Assembly (NCBI GenBank): GCA_025774545.1 | Contig: JALGVU010000003.1 | Coordinates: forward strand, 1-53,498 | Length of the DNA stretch: 53,498 bases | Direction of reading: 5' to 3' | From: a bacterium | GTDB lineage: Bacteria > Joyebacterota > Joyebacteria > Joyebacterales > Joyebacteraceae | Part shown: positions 33,762-44,000 of the stretch, in pieces | Numbering within the stretch: position 1 is the stretch's first letter | How the letters are laid out: the number at the start of each line of letters is the position of its first letter | Program-made: the position numbers and the translations under genes | The notes under the pieces: model-generated | Told to the model about the DNA's origin: nothing | The model's database searches: none | Seen by the model: the letters and a program-made list of their open reading frames with translations, nothing else

Positions 33762-34775
33762 TCACTCCTGACCGCGGCAGTCACCATAGACGATTCCGAG
33801 GACGAGGATGCGCGGCCCCGAGAGATCGAGGACGAAGAGCCGGTCGCCCCCGATCGCGAGGTCGCGTGGGGTCATGCCGTCCGAGGCGCCGTCGAACGAC
33901 GCGCTCGGGGGCCCCCCGCCGGGCGGGAACGCCAGAACGGCGCCCCGGCGGGCGTCCGACACGAGCACCGCGCCCGAGCCGTCGAAGACGACGGCCGTGG
34001 CCGTGAGCGTGTCGGGCGTCGTGAGCGCGTAGAGGTGAGCCCCGAACTGATCGTAGACCTCGACGGCGCCGCGGTCCGCGTCGGCCACCGCGATCTCCCC
34101 CCCGGGCCCGGCCGCGACGCGGCCCGGACGGGCCAGTCCGCCCTCGCCGACGCCGAACTGACCGAACGGATCGAGGATCTCCTCGAACTGCGACACGGCG
34201 CGCACGGTGTGCGAGTCCGCGTCGGTCACCAGGATCTCGCCCGAGCGTCCGATCTCGATGGCGACCGGGCTCCCGCCCTCGTCGCCGAACTCCGTGAGAT
34301 CGAGGAGGTCGCCGTCGTCGTCGAAGCGCTGGATCCTCCGGTTGCCCTCGTCCAGCACGTACACGTAGAAGCCGGGATAGACCGCGACGTCGCTCGGCGT
34401 GTCGAACTGCCCCGGATCCCACCCGTACCCGCCGAACTCCTCGACGACGACGCCCTCCCGGGAGACGATCAGCACGCGGTGGTTTCCGGTGTCGGCGATG
34501 ACCAGGTGACCCCGGTGATCGAGCGCGAGAGCCTCAGGCGACGAGAGCCCCAGATCGGCGACGCCCTCGATCTCCCCCTCGAGCCTCAGCTCGACGACGC
34601 ACTGCGGCCCCCGCGGCCTCGGGCGCGCGTCGGCAGCGCCTCGCGGACGCGCATCGGCGGCGCCCCGCAGATCCGCCGCCGGCGAGCGGCCGGCGAGCGT
34701 CGGCACCACCAGGAGACACGCGAAAGCGATGAGGGCTCGACGTGCCCTCGACGAAGAGCTCATCTCATACCTCAT
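33762..34775 (-). CDS. Exported NHL-repeat beta-propeller protein
   Basis: Signal peptide; IADTGNHRV, GQFDTPSDVAV, VLDEGNRRIQRF repeats. Confidence 0.85.
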   Translation of the reverse strand: MRYEMSSSSRARRALIAFACLLVVPTLAGRSPAADLRGAADARPRGAADARPRPRGPQCVVELRLEGEIEGVADLGLSSPEALALDHRGHLVIADTGNHRVLIVSREGVVVEEFGGYGWDPGQFDTPSDVAVYPGFYVYVLDEGNRRIQRFDDDGDLLDLTEFGDEGGSPVAIEIGRSGEILVTDADSHTVRAVSQFEEILDPFGQFGVGEGGLARPGRVAAGPGGEIAVADADRGAVEVYDQFGAHLYALTTPDTLTATAVVFDGSGAVLVSDARRGAVLAFPPGGGPPSASFDGASDGMTPRDLAIGGDRLFVLDLSGPRILVLGIVYGDCRGQE

Positions 34776-34848
34776 GGGGGTCGGCTCCGTGAAGCGGGCG
34801 CTTGGGGGGACAGTTTTCGGGCGGCGGGGGGAGTCGAGGGCCCCGGAA

Positions 34849-35688
34849 TCAGAAGGAGAACTCGAGCGTCGCCCTGCTGCCGAGGACGCCGTCTGCGAGA
34901 TCGGGCGTGATCGTGAGACGGGCGCTCGGCCCGCCGCCGGTCCCCTCATTGTGTCTCCTCGCCATCCACGCGGCGTCGATGGCGGAAACGGCGCGGTTCA
35001 GGACGGCGAGACCCGTCATGTAGAACGCGTTCTGGTTGGACGTCGACGCGCCGTGCCTGAGAACGCGGTACTTGTCGAAGCGTTCCTCGCTCTCCCATTC
35101 CCAGGATTGATCGTCGAAGTACCCGTTCTCGAGGAAGTACGTCTCCTGCGCCCCGAGGTCGTCGGGGTAGAGGCTGCGCGCCTCGCTCCTCACGGACTCG
35201 TTGAAGCTGTCGTCCCCCTCGCTTCTGATGTAGTCGGCGATGTCCTGAAGGTAGCCGCTTCCCGCGTCCTCGTCGACGCCGGCGAAGATGGCCGCGTGTT
35301 CGCGGTAGTCGTCCTCGCGCATGTTCCCCTGAACCTCGAACGCGGCGTACCCGACCCAGATGCCCGCCTCGGCCGTCATGAAAGCGCGCGCGGGGGCCGT
35401 GTGCCCCGCGTAGAGCTCGCCCCACCCGGGCAGCACGAGCGACATGAGGACGGCGACCATGGGATTCTTGAAGTCGTTCCCGCCGCCCGCGCCCGTCGCG
35501 GCCAGAGCGATCGGGGGAAGGTCGGCGAGCGATGAGTCGTCCCTGAGCGACAAGTCGCTCGCGACGAGATCGACCTCGCGGTAGCGCACCTCCTCGGCGG
35601 TCTCCCACGGCCCCGCAACAGCGCCGGCGGAGCATCCCACGACGAGCGCCCAGACGACGACCGCGGCCACTTTCGCACAGAATCTCAT
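34849..35688 (-). CDS. DUF5683-like exported/membrane protein
   Basis: Signal peptide; KNPMVAVLMSLVLPGWGELY; LNRAVSAIDA; ends LEFSF; TGATG coupling to upstream paralogue. Confidence 0.7.
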   Translation of the reverse strand: MRFCAKVAAVVVWALVVGCSAGAVAGPWETAEEVRYREVDLVASDLSLRDDSSLADLPPIALAATGAGGGNDFKNPMVAVLMSLVLPGWGELYAGHTAPARAFMTAEAGIWVGYAAFEVQGNMREDDYREHAAIFAGVDEDAGSGYLQDIADYIRSEGDDSFNESVRSEARSLYPDDLGAQETYFLENGYFDDQSWEWESEERFDKYRVLRHGASTSNQNAFYMTGLAVLNRAVSAIDAAWMARRHNEGTGGGPSARLTITPDLADGVLGSRATLEFSF

Positions 35689-36509
35689 CAGTACCTCGCT
35701 ACGAAGCTCACGGTGAGGCCGTCGCCGCCCTCCGCGACGTCGAACTCGACGCCGAGCCCCTCGTTCGAGGAGTGGCTCGGATCGCCTACCCCTCTCGCCG
35801 TCATGAAGGAATCGAAGGCGCTGACCACGTGGTTCAGAAGCACGGCCATCATGAAGTACCGCGCCTGTCTCAGGTGACGGTTGCTCTCGATCCTCAGGTC
35901 CCAGTAGTCGTCCCGGGTGCCCGCGTCGCCCGAGCTGTATTCGTCCCAGACGATGTCGCCCTCGTCCCCGTCGATGTTCCACCATCTCCAGTACGCGGCG
36001 TACTTGCCGATGTCCTCGTAGTACTCCTGCGTGCCGTAGTCGGCCACGGGCCGGCAATCGTACTCGCCGGCGCAGTCATCGCAGTCGACGCAGTTCTCCT
36101 GGTACCAGACGACGTACGCCGCGTGGTCCCAGTTCTCGTCGGCGAACGACTCGTAGTCGTCGCGCCCCTCGAGCCCCTTCTGATCGAGCACGTAGAAGCC
36201 GCCCCAGAGCGCGAGCTCGGCGAGCAAGTACAGGTAGCCCCGCTTCTGGCCCTGAACGACCTGCCCCGCGCCCGGCACGACGAGAGAGAGCAGGCCCATC
36301 GCGCCAGGGCTCTTCTCCGCCTTGGCCCCCGCATCGCCGGCGATGGCGACCGCGAGGAGCTCCTCCCGCGAGTCGAGCGAGGAGACGAGCGCGAGATCGC
36401 CCGCGGCGGCGCGTCCGGGCGCCGAGGAAGGCTCGAACGAAGCAGGCGCAGTCGCTGCGCCCGCAACCAGGAGCCATCCCGTGAGGATCACGACCAGAGC
36501 TCGCTTCAT
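35688..36509 (-). CDS. DUF5683-like exported/membrane protein (paralogue)
   Basis: Signal peptide; KSPGAMGLLSLVVPGAGQ; QEYYEDIGKY; LNHVVSAFDS; ends FVARY. Confidence 0.7.
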   Translation of the reverse strand: MKRALVVILTGWLLVAGAATAPASFEPSSAPGRAAAGDLALVSSLDSREELLAVAIAGDAGAKAEKSPGAMGLLSLVVPGAGQVVQGQKRGYLYLLAELALWGGFYVLDQKGLEGRDDYESFADENWDHAAYVVWYQENCVDCDDCAGEYDCRPVADYGTQEYYEDIGKYAAYWRWWNIDGDEGDIVWDEYSSGDAGTRDDYWDLRIESNRHLRQARYFMMAVLLNHVVSAFDSFMTARGVGDPSHSSNEGLGVEFDVAEGGDGLTVSFVARY

Positions 36510-36576
36510 CCGCTCGTCGTCCCCCCCCGTGGCGGCGCCGGGCCGCCCCGGTGAATGCGACCGCCGGTCCCGGCGA

Positions 36577-39500
36577 CTACCGGACGACCGCGACCTTCAT
36601 GATCTGCACCTCGGAGCGTCGCTCCGGCAGCCCCGAGAGCGACGTGGTCCCGAGCGCCACGCTCGCCTCGACGCGCACGATGTAGAGACCGCTCGCGATG
36701 TCGTCCGTGTCCCAGACGATCTCGTTGACCGTCGGGTCGCCGCTCACCTCGAAGCTGTCGACGATCTGCCCAGTGACGTCGAAGATCTTGACCTCGACGT
36801 CGGCGCGCTCCTCGAGATAGACGCGCACCGTGAGATCGGAACCCTTGGCCGGGTTCGGATAGCAGTAGGTCCTCTCCGCCGCGAGGAGGCCGGGCGACTC
36901 CTCGAAGGGATCCGGCAGGAGCGCATCCGGGTAGCATCCCGTCCCGGCCGGCGTGCCGGCCTCGGTCGACCACACGATGTTCCCCGGCGCATGGTCGTAC
37001 GGCATGCGATAGAAGAGCACGCGGTTCCCGCCCCCCGCGACGAGGACGTCGATCTCACCGTCCGCCTCGACGTCGCCGATCCACGGTGAGCCGAGAGAGG
37101 CGTCGGACGAAAGCGGCCAGCCGGGAACGAGATCGCCGGAGACTCCTCCCCAAGCGAAGACGTTGCCGCCGATGCCCGCCGCGAGGACGTCGACCTCGCC
37201 GTCGTCGTCGAAGTCGCCGATCAAGGGCGAGCTCTTCGCCGCGGCCACGCTGTCGCCCGGGTCGACCGCGAGCGGCCAGTTCTCGACGAGGGTCCCGTTC
37301 GCCCGAATGCCCACGACGCGAGACCGCCCCGCCGGCACGATGATCTCGAGCGACCCGTCGCCGTCGAGGTCGCCGAGCGCGGCCCGCGCCGTCACCTCGG
37401 ACTCGAGATCGACGGGAAAGCCCGGAAGCTCGTCACCGCGGCGGTCCCACGCGTGAACCTCGCCGGTCGAGCCGACGGCCACGACCTCCGGCCGGCGGTC
37501 GGCCGCGCGGTCGAGGTCCCCGAGGACGATTCCGGCCGTGCCTTCGGTCCACGACGGGACCGTCACCGGCCAACCGGGGAGCGACGTGCCGTCGGCGTTC
37601 AACGCCGCGACCCATCCCCGGTTGGTCGTCGACGTCACGATCTCGTCCAAGCCGTCGCCGTCGAGATCACCGGCCGCGAGCGTCACCTCATTGAGCACGA
37701 GGTGCCCGAACGAGTAGGGCGAAGCGCCGACGTGCAGACCCTCGGCGTCGACGATCGTGATGAATCCTCCGACCGAGGCGACCGCGACCTCGAGCCCCGG
37801 TCGGGGATCGAGATCGGCCGCGAGCGGCGAGGAACTTGCGGGTCCGCCGATCGCGACGGGGAAGCCGGCCGCGACCGGGTCCGCGAGGCCGTCGAGGTCG
37901 ACGTCCTCGTGGTCCCAGACGTAGAGGGAGCCGCAGTCGGCCGCGACGATGACCTCACGGTCGCCGTCTCCGTCGATGTCGGCGACGGCCGGCGTGCGCG
38001 AGATCCCGCCCGGAACCTGCGCGAAGTGGCCCCAGGCTCCGCAGAGCGGCACGACGGGCGACCCGTCGGCGTGCCACGCGTAGACGTTCCCGCCCGCGGT
38101 GGCCACGACGACCTCGCCCTCACCGTCGCCGTCCAGATCGGCGACGCGTGGCGCGGCCCGGCCGATCGGCTCGTCGAGATCGACCGGCCAGCCGTCCTTC
38201 CAGCGATCGAAGCTCACGTCCATCGTCATGATCGAGTCCGGAGCCGACGAGATGTTGGTGATCGAGAGATAGGTCTTGCCCCCGAGGTTCGTGTCGGTCG
38301 AGGGGTAGGTGTCCCACGAGAACGTGTCGTTGTTCTGCGCGTAGAACGGATCCCAGGCGCTGCCCGTCCAGTAGAAGCTCCCGATGTCGCCGAGGTCCAT
38401 GATGCCGTCGGCCTCCTCGATCGCGACGCCCCGCCGGTGTCGGTCGTAGTTCACGGTGTTCCACGGAAGGAGGCCCGGGATGGCCCGTGTGTCGTCGATG
38501 TGCCAGATCATCATGCCCGGCCCGGGCAGGAGGAAATCGTACTCGTGGTTCACGGGACAGATCTCCTCCGTGCACCCGGGGTCGACCGGCCCGAGCACGA
38601 CGCCGCGCTCCTGCTCGATGACCACGATCGGGCCGAGGGTGTCCTGGACGGGGTGGTAGATGTCGTCGAGACGGTTCTCGATCAGGAAGTACTCGTCTGA
38701 CGTCACGGGGATCTTGTAGAGGCGGTACCCGTCGCCGCGCAGGACCGAGCCCTTCACCTCGACGTCCTCCGCGTCGTCGAGGAGCACGACGGGATCGAGC
38801 CATCCCATGAGTTCCTTCTGCCACGCGCAGGGCGCCGCCGGAAGGAGGCCGTAGGCGTAGCCCCACGCGGTGTTCATCCCGATGCGCCCGCCCGAGTCCA
38901 TGATGTCCCAGTAGCCCACGGCCGGGAAGAAGTTGAACGTGTTGTAGAGATCCGGGAGACCCAGGATGTGACCCACCTCATGCGCGAGCGTGCCATTCAG
39001 GGCGATCGTGATGCCGTCCTGACTGGAGGTCTCCGGCATGATCGCCGACTCCCACACGGCCCACGCCCCGTCGTTCACGGAGATCGAGTCGCCGAGCGAG
39101 ATGTGCGCCGACGGAAGATCGAACGGCGAGTTGAGCAGGATGTCGCTCTGCCAATCGGCGCCCGCGTGGAAAACGATGTAGCCGTCGTACTGCGAGAAGT
39201 CGATCGTGTCGGTCGTGTCGGCGGCGGCGAACGCGTCGCGGATGAACGTCTCGACCTGGCTCACGTACCAGACCTGCTGCTCGGAGTAGTCGTGGTAGTA
39301 GCCCATGTCGTGCGGCAGCTCGTACCCGGCCTCCGCCTCATCGGGCATCACGTCGTACTCGACTGTGAGGCGGCCGTACGACACGGACTCGTAGTAGTTC
39401 TTGAGCGCCGTCATGTGGAGGTCGAAGTACTCTCTGTCGTGCGGGGGCGCGTCGAAGATCCCCTCGACGTACTCGGAGTAGTCGAACGTGCCGTCCCCGG

Positions 39501-39789
39501 TGCTCCGCGAGTCGGTGTCGGGCTGGAACTGGACGCGCAGGGCCAGGAGCCGGACGGTCGTTCGTCCGGCCCGCTCGCGGCCCCTCGCCCGGGCGCGCTC
39601 GATGGCAGTCACACGGGGAAGATCGTCCTCGAAGATCTTCTTCACGACCGCGGCCGACTCGGCGGTCGGCGCATCGGACTTCCGACAGACGAGACGCGTT
39701 CCGCCCCACGCGGCGCACGATGCGAGCACGATGAGGAAAACGACCGGGGCCACGAAGACCTTGAGGCCCCGGAGGGGAGTCCTTGTCAT
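36577..39789 (-). CDS. M6 (immune inhibitor A)-like metalloprotease with FG-GAP repeats and T9SS type-A-like CTD
   Basis: HEVGHILGLPDLY zinc motif, WDIMDSG Met-turn, EYFLIENR; multiple DLDGDG repeats; CTD YPNP...GLYIVRV...KVAVVR; start at MTRTPL because the ORF extension lies in the repeat array. Confidence 0.85.
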   Translation of the reverse strand: MTRTPLRGLKVFVAPVVFLIVLASCAAWGGTRLVCRKSDAPTAESAAVVKKIFEDDLPRVTAIERARARGRERAGRTTVRLLALRVQFQPDTDSRSTGDGTFDYSEYVEGIFDAPPHDREYFDLHMTALKNYYESVSYGRLTVEYDVMPDEAEAGYELPHDMGYYHDYSEQQVWYVSQVETFIRDAFAAADTTDTIDFSQYDGYIVFHAGADWQSDILLNSPFDLPSAHISLGDSISVNDGAWAVWESAIMPETSSQDGITIALNGTLAHEVGHILGLPDLYNTFNFFPAVGYWDIMDSGGRIGMNTAWGYAYGLLPAAPCAWQKELMGWLDPVVLLDDAEDVEVKGSVLRGDGYRLYKIPVTSDEYFLIENRLDDIYHPVQDTLGPIVVIEQERGVVLGPVDPGCTEEICPVNHEYDFLLPGPGMMIWHIDDTRAIPGLLPWNTVNYDRHRRGVAIEEADGIMDLGDIGSFYWTGSAWDPFYAQNNDTFSWDTYPSTDTNLGGKTYLSITNISSAPDSIMTMDVSFDRWKDGWPVDLDEPIGRAAPRVADLDGDGEGEVVVATAGGNVYAWHADGSPVVPLCGAWGHFAQVPGGISRTPAVADIDGDGDREVIVAADCGSLYVWDHEDVDLDGLADPVAAGFPVAIGGPASSSPLAADLDPRPGLEVAVASVGGFITIVDAEGLHVGASPYSFGHLVLNEVTLAAGDLDGDGLDEIVTSTTNRGWVAALNADGTSLPGWPVTVPSWTEGTAGIVLGDLDRAADRRPEVVAVGSTGEVHAWDRRGDELPGFPVDLESEVTARAALGDLDGDGSLEIIVPAGRSRVVGIRANGTLVENWPLAVDPGDSVAAAKSSPLIGDFDDDGEVDVLAAGIGGNVFAWGGVSGDLVPGWPLSSDASLGSPWIGDVEADGEIDVLVAGGGNRVLFYRMPYDHAPGNIVWSTEAGTPAGTGCYPDALLPDPFEESPGLLAAERTYCYPNPAKGSDLTVRVYLEERADVEVKIFDVTGQIVDSFEVSGDPTVNEIVWDTDDIASGLYIVRVEASVALGTTSLSGLPERRSEVQIMKVAVVR

Positions 39790-39838
39790 GGCAGGAGCAC
39801 CTCTCTGAATCGGCCCGCCCACGTCACCGAGAACCCCA

Positions 39839-40034
39839 CCCTGAAGGGTCGCAGTCAGGGAGAAACCGTGAACCGCGCCCTGGAGGGCCGCGGTCAGGGT
39901 GAAGCCGCGCACGCACGCCCTGGAAGGTCGCGGCCAGGGAGAAACCGTGAACCGCGCCCTGGAAGGCCGCGGCCATGGTGAAACCGCACACGTGCTCCCT
40001 AGAAGGTCGCGGTCAGGGAGAACCGGAACGGCCG
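39839..40034. repeat. 39/40-bp tandem array (A-B-A-B plus gene end) copying the porV 3' end
   Basis: Units start at 39839, 39878, 39918, 39957, 39997; core ccctRgaaggYcgcggYcagggWgaa; last unit contains the porV stop (39999-40001). Confidence 0.92.
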
Positions 40035-40985
40035 CTTGAGCCCCTCGGCCTGCGGCACGTTGGCCACGTCGAGCGCCCAGTTCCTGATCTTGAATCCCAT
40101 GCCGAACGCGAAGTCCTTGACCTCGCCGTCCTCGTCGTAGACGTACCCCCCGCGAAGCGCGAAGAGGTCGTAGTAGCGGTACTCGGCACCGACGTCGAGG
40201 ATCACGCCGATCGTCGGATCGCCGATGTCCTCCACGATGACCATCGACTTGTTGTACTCGACGCAGACGAGGAGGTGGTTCATCTCGTTCTCGAGGACCC
40301 TGTACGCGACGCCGAGCTTGAGGTTCCTCGGAAGCGGGTCCGACTGCTCCTCGTCGATGTAGGCGATCTTCGGACCGACGTGCTGTATGGTGGCGCCCAC
40401 GCGGAGCCTGTCTCCCATCATGCGGTAGAGGACGCCGAAATCGGCGGCGAACGTGGAGCCCGCGCCCTTCTGCTGATCCTGTGTGAACTGCGCCGGCGCG
40501 AGGTCGACGTAGACGAACTTGAGATTGAGCCCCACGGCCAGGTTCTCGCCGATCGTGGTTCCGTAGGCCACGGACGGAATCACCTCGTACGAGCTGAACT
40601 CGCCAATCGGGTCGGGGCTGTCCGGGTTTGTGGCGACCTGCTTCCCGTAGGTCAGGTAGATGACCGACGCGCCGATCGTGCCGAGCCCCTCCACGCGCTG
40701 GGCGTAGGCCGCGTACTCGTAGTACACGTCGTCCCAGTCCGGTACGAGCTGCGTGTGCATCAGCGTGAGGTTGTACTGGGCCTCGAGGAAACCGAGTCCC
40801 GCGGGGTTCCAGGAGACCGCGCTCGCGTCCTCGGCCACGGCGACGTAGCAGTCGCCCATGCCCGCGGGCCTGGCGCCCGGCTGGATGTAGAGCGACTGCG
40901 CCCCGCCGATCGAAACCTGAGCTCCGGCCGCCCCCGCCAGCGCGACAACGAGGAGCATCGTGATCGCAACTCTCGCCTTCAGCAT
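39999..40985 (-). CDS. porV: PorV/PorQ family T9SS outer-membrane barrel
   Basis: PGARPAGMGD.YVAVAEDASAVSWNPAGL; PLPRNLKLG; LRGGY; C-terminal F; immediately downstream of porU. Confidence 0.82.
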   Translation of the reverse strand: MLKARVAITMLLVVALAGAAGAQVSIGGAQSLYIQPGARPAGMGDCYVAVAEDASAVSWNPAGLGFLEAQYNLTLMHTQLVPDWDDVYYEYAAYAQRVEGLGTIGASVIYLTYGKQVATNPDSPDPIGEFSSYEVIPSVAYGTTIGENLAVGLNLKFVYVDLAPAQFTQDQQKGAGSTFAADFGVLYRMMGDRLRVGATIQHVGPKIAYIDEEQSDPLPRNLKLGVAYRVLENEMNHLLVCVEYNKSMVIVEDIGDPTIGVILDVGAEYRYYDLFALRGGYVYDEDGEVKDFAFGMGFKIRNWALDVANVPQAEGLKRPFRFSLTATF

Positions 40986-41023
40986 CTCTCGTGCTTCTCC
41001 TTTCGGGTCTCTCACCAGAGAAG

Positions 41024-44000
41024 CTACCTCATGACGACCGCTCGACCGATGGCCTCGGCCCTGTCGCCGCGGTACGTCAACGAGGTCGCTTGTATCCTAT
41101 AGAGGTAGACGCCGTTCGCCAGCTCGTCGTTCTGCTGGTCGCGGCCGTCCCAGTACACTTGGTTCGCCCCCGGCGACGCGACGATGTCGTCGATCGTCCG
41201 GATGAGCCGCCCTCCGACCGTGAACACGTCGATCCTGACCTCAGCGGCGACCGGCAATTGGAAAAGGATGGTCGTCCCCTCGTCCCCGCCGTCGGGGAAC
41301 GGGTTCGGGCTCGAGGCGACGCTCCTGATCTTGAAGTCGGCCGACGAGACGACCTCGATCCACAAGTTCCGGGTCGTTCGATTCCCGATGTTGTCGGTCG
41401 CACCGACCGACAGCGTGTAGCCCCGGAAATCGAGCGCCGGCAGGGCGTACGTGATGATGCCGCTCTCGTGACTGCCGATGTCGTACAGGAACTCGTCCGT
41501 GATCACCGTCGTGTCGGGCTCGCCCTCGATCGTCAGAACGATGCCGTCGGCCGCGCGGCGGTCGACGAGATTGACGCCGTTGGGATCGTGGATCGTCACA
41601 GTGAATTCGCTCCCCGGAAGCACCGACGTGCTGCCGCCGTCGAATGAGATGTCGATCGACGGCCCCGTGGCATCGGTGACGTCGACGCTGTCGGCGATCG
41701 TGACGTTCTCGAGCGAGAACGCCCCGTCAACGTTCCCGTCGTAGAAGTAGCCCCGGATCCGGCCGTGACGACCCTCGCGCGCGAGAGTTGAGACGACGAA
41801 CTGCCCCGAGAATTCGCCGCCCGCGACCGAAACCGGCCCCACGAAGATCGTTTCGCCCGGAAGGTCGTAGTCGACGTGCGCGGGCGCGTGCTGCGGCCAT
41901 TCCTGGTCGTAGCCGCTCGTGTCGGCGCTGTCTGTGACCCAGAGGATTGCCACTCCTCCGAGCCCCTCCGTCTCGCCGGTGTTCTCTCCCGCGATCTCGA
42001 CGGTGTCCCGTCGCTTGAGGGGCAGAAGCCCATCGTCATCGATCTCACCCCCGCCCCGCGGGGCCGCCAGGGTGACCGCGGGATCGCCGACGAGGATGAA
42101 CCGCGTGTTGTTGAGCCAGTCGGAGTGATCGATGGCCGTCGTGATGAACCCGTTCTGGAACGCCTGTCCGATGTCGAGGACGGCCGCGGGGTCGACCTGC
42201 TGATGGCCGAACACGTACTTGAGGAACGAGCGGTTCAGCTCGGAGTTCTGACCCGCGCCGGAGTCCCTCGTGCTTCCGATCGAGGCGATCGTTCCTCCGA
42301 TCGGCGACTTCGCCAGGGCCTCCCCCAGCGAGTCTCCGGTCCGCTGGTCGAACTTGTTCAGGCGGCACGACGCCGCGAAGAAGAGAGGCAGCCGGTCGAT
42401 GTTGTGGAGACGGGGAATGTCGTCGAAGAGGAAGACGTTCTCGTGCGCCATCAGAAGCTCGTTGCCGTGCCCCGTGTAGTTCATGACGAGGGCGCCGTCG
42501 TTCCAGGCCTCGACGATGTCGGCGCGGGCGCCCGCCTTGTTGCCGACGGCGTCGTGGTCGTATTCCATCAGGAAGATCTTCCTGCGGTCGATCGGCCACG
42601 GGAGAACCAGATCGTCGATCATCTCGGCCTGGACGGTGTGATAGTACTCTGGGTTGCCGATCGGCTGGCCGTCGCCGTCGAGCCCCTTGAACTCGTCGTC
42701 GGCGACCAGCATGACGGTGTTCTTCCAGAGGCCCGGCTCGAGCTCGGTGTCGTAGTGTTCGATCTTGTCGATCATCGTCGCCGCTTCGCCCGCGGTCGTG
42801 ACGGGCAGCCGTCCGAGCGCCATGGCCGGATCGTACTCGTAGTCCTCGAACCCAACGAACCAGAGGTCGGTCGGCCAGTGCAGGGCGCCCGTGTAGTACG
42901 TCGGAACGAGACACGGTGAGCTCGTCGCCTGATACTGGCGGTAGTCGGACGACGCGTCGCCCAGGAGCAGAACGTGCGTCGGAGGAACGTCCCAGCTGTC
43001 CCAGACGTGCATCAGGTAGTTCCGGATCGCCGTCGGGTCGACGACCCCCCACGAGAACTCGTCGTAGACGTCGGACAGACGAACGAGCTGGACGGAGAAG
43101 CCGCCGCCAGAGGACGACTGGCGGTGGCTCTTCAGGCGGGCGCCGGCGTCGTGGAAGTCGTCGTGGGCGATGATCATGTAATCCGCGCTCCCGGGAGGGC
43201 GAAGATCACCGAAGTCGTCGACCTCGATCGTCGGACGCATGTGCCCGACGTCGGAAACGACCACGTAGGCGGCCGTGTCCGCGACCTCGTCCTGGAAGGT
43301 GAGCCGGCCGTCCGTGAGCGTGACGCCGGGGACGGTGCGAAGCGTGAACTTGTCGATCACCTTGTACGCGGCGCCTGCCGTGCCGTCGAAGCCGTCGACC
43401 GAGTAGTCGACGATCCCCGTCCGTCCCGAGCTCCCGAAGCGCAGCTGAGCGTCGACGGCGGAGAGCTCCCGCCAGTACTCGAGCTCGTACCAGTCGATGA
43501 GAATGTGGTCGCGCTCGGTGAGCGGATCGGCGCGGGGAACGTGGATCTCGAGCGTGTTGTACTGAGGCTCGGTCCGCATGGGAAGCCCGTCTTCCTCGAA
43601 GACGTAGCGGCTGTAGCCGTCCCACTCCGCGACGTGCGCCAGCGTGCCGTTCAGGGTGAACTCCGTGCGGTGGTCCGGGTGGCCGCCCTCACTCGAGTTA
43701 CCGTCGACGCGGACCCTCAGGAGTCCCGTGGAGTCGGTCACGATGTGGCTGAAGTGCCCGTGAACGAACTCCCCGAAGTCGGCGACGATCTGCTCCGCGT
43801 GGAAGTAGTCGCTCTCGGGGATCCGGTCGCTCTGCATCTGTAGCCAGTACCAGCTGTCGCCGCGGCCCTCGAACTCGAAGACGTTGCCCTCGAGGTGCGC
43901 CCTCGCGCGGTAGTCGGCGGCGGGGATGGGGGTCGGCGAGGACTGGAGATCGTCCTCGGCCATCCTCCTCGGCGGATCGGTGAATCCCGACGGAGTCCCC

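Noticed and set aside
39790-39912. N-terminal extension of the M6 protease ORF
   Set aside because: Translates the repeat array; the signal peptide begins after MTRTPL at 39789
39839-40034. CRISPR-like palindromic repeats with spacers
   Set aside because: Variable parts are only 12-13 nt and alternate A/B; the core is porV coding sequence; no cas genes
39839-40034. Diversity-generating retroelement TR/VR pair
   Set aside because: No reverse transcriptase in the window, units are too short, and differences are not adenine-specific
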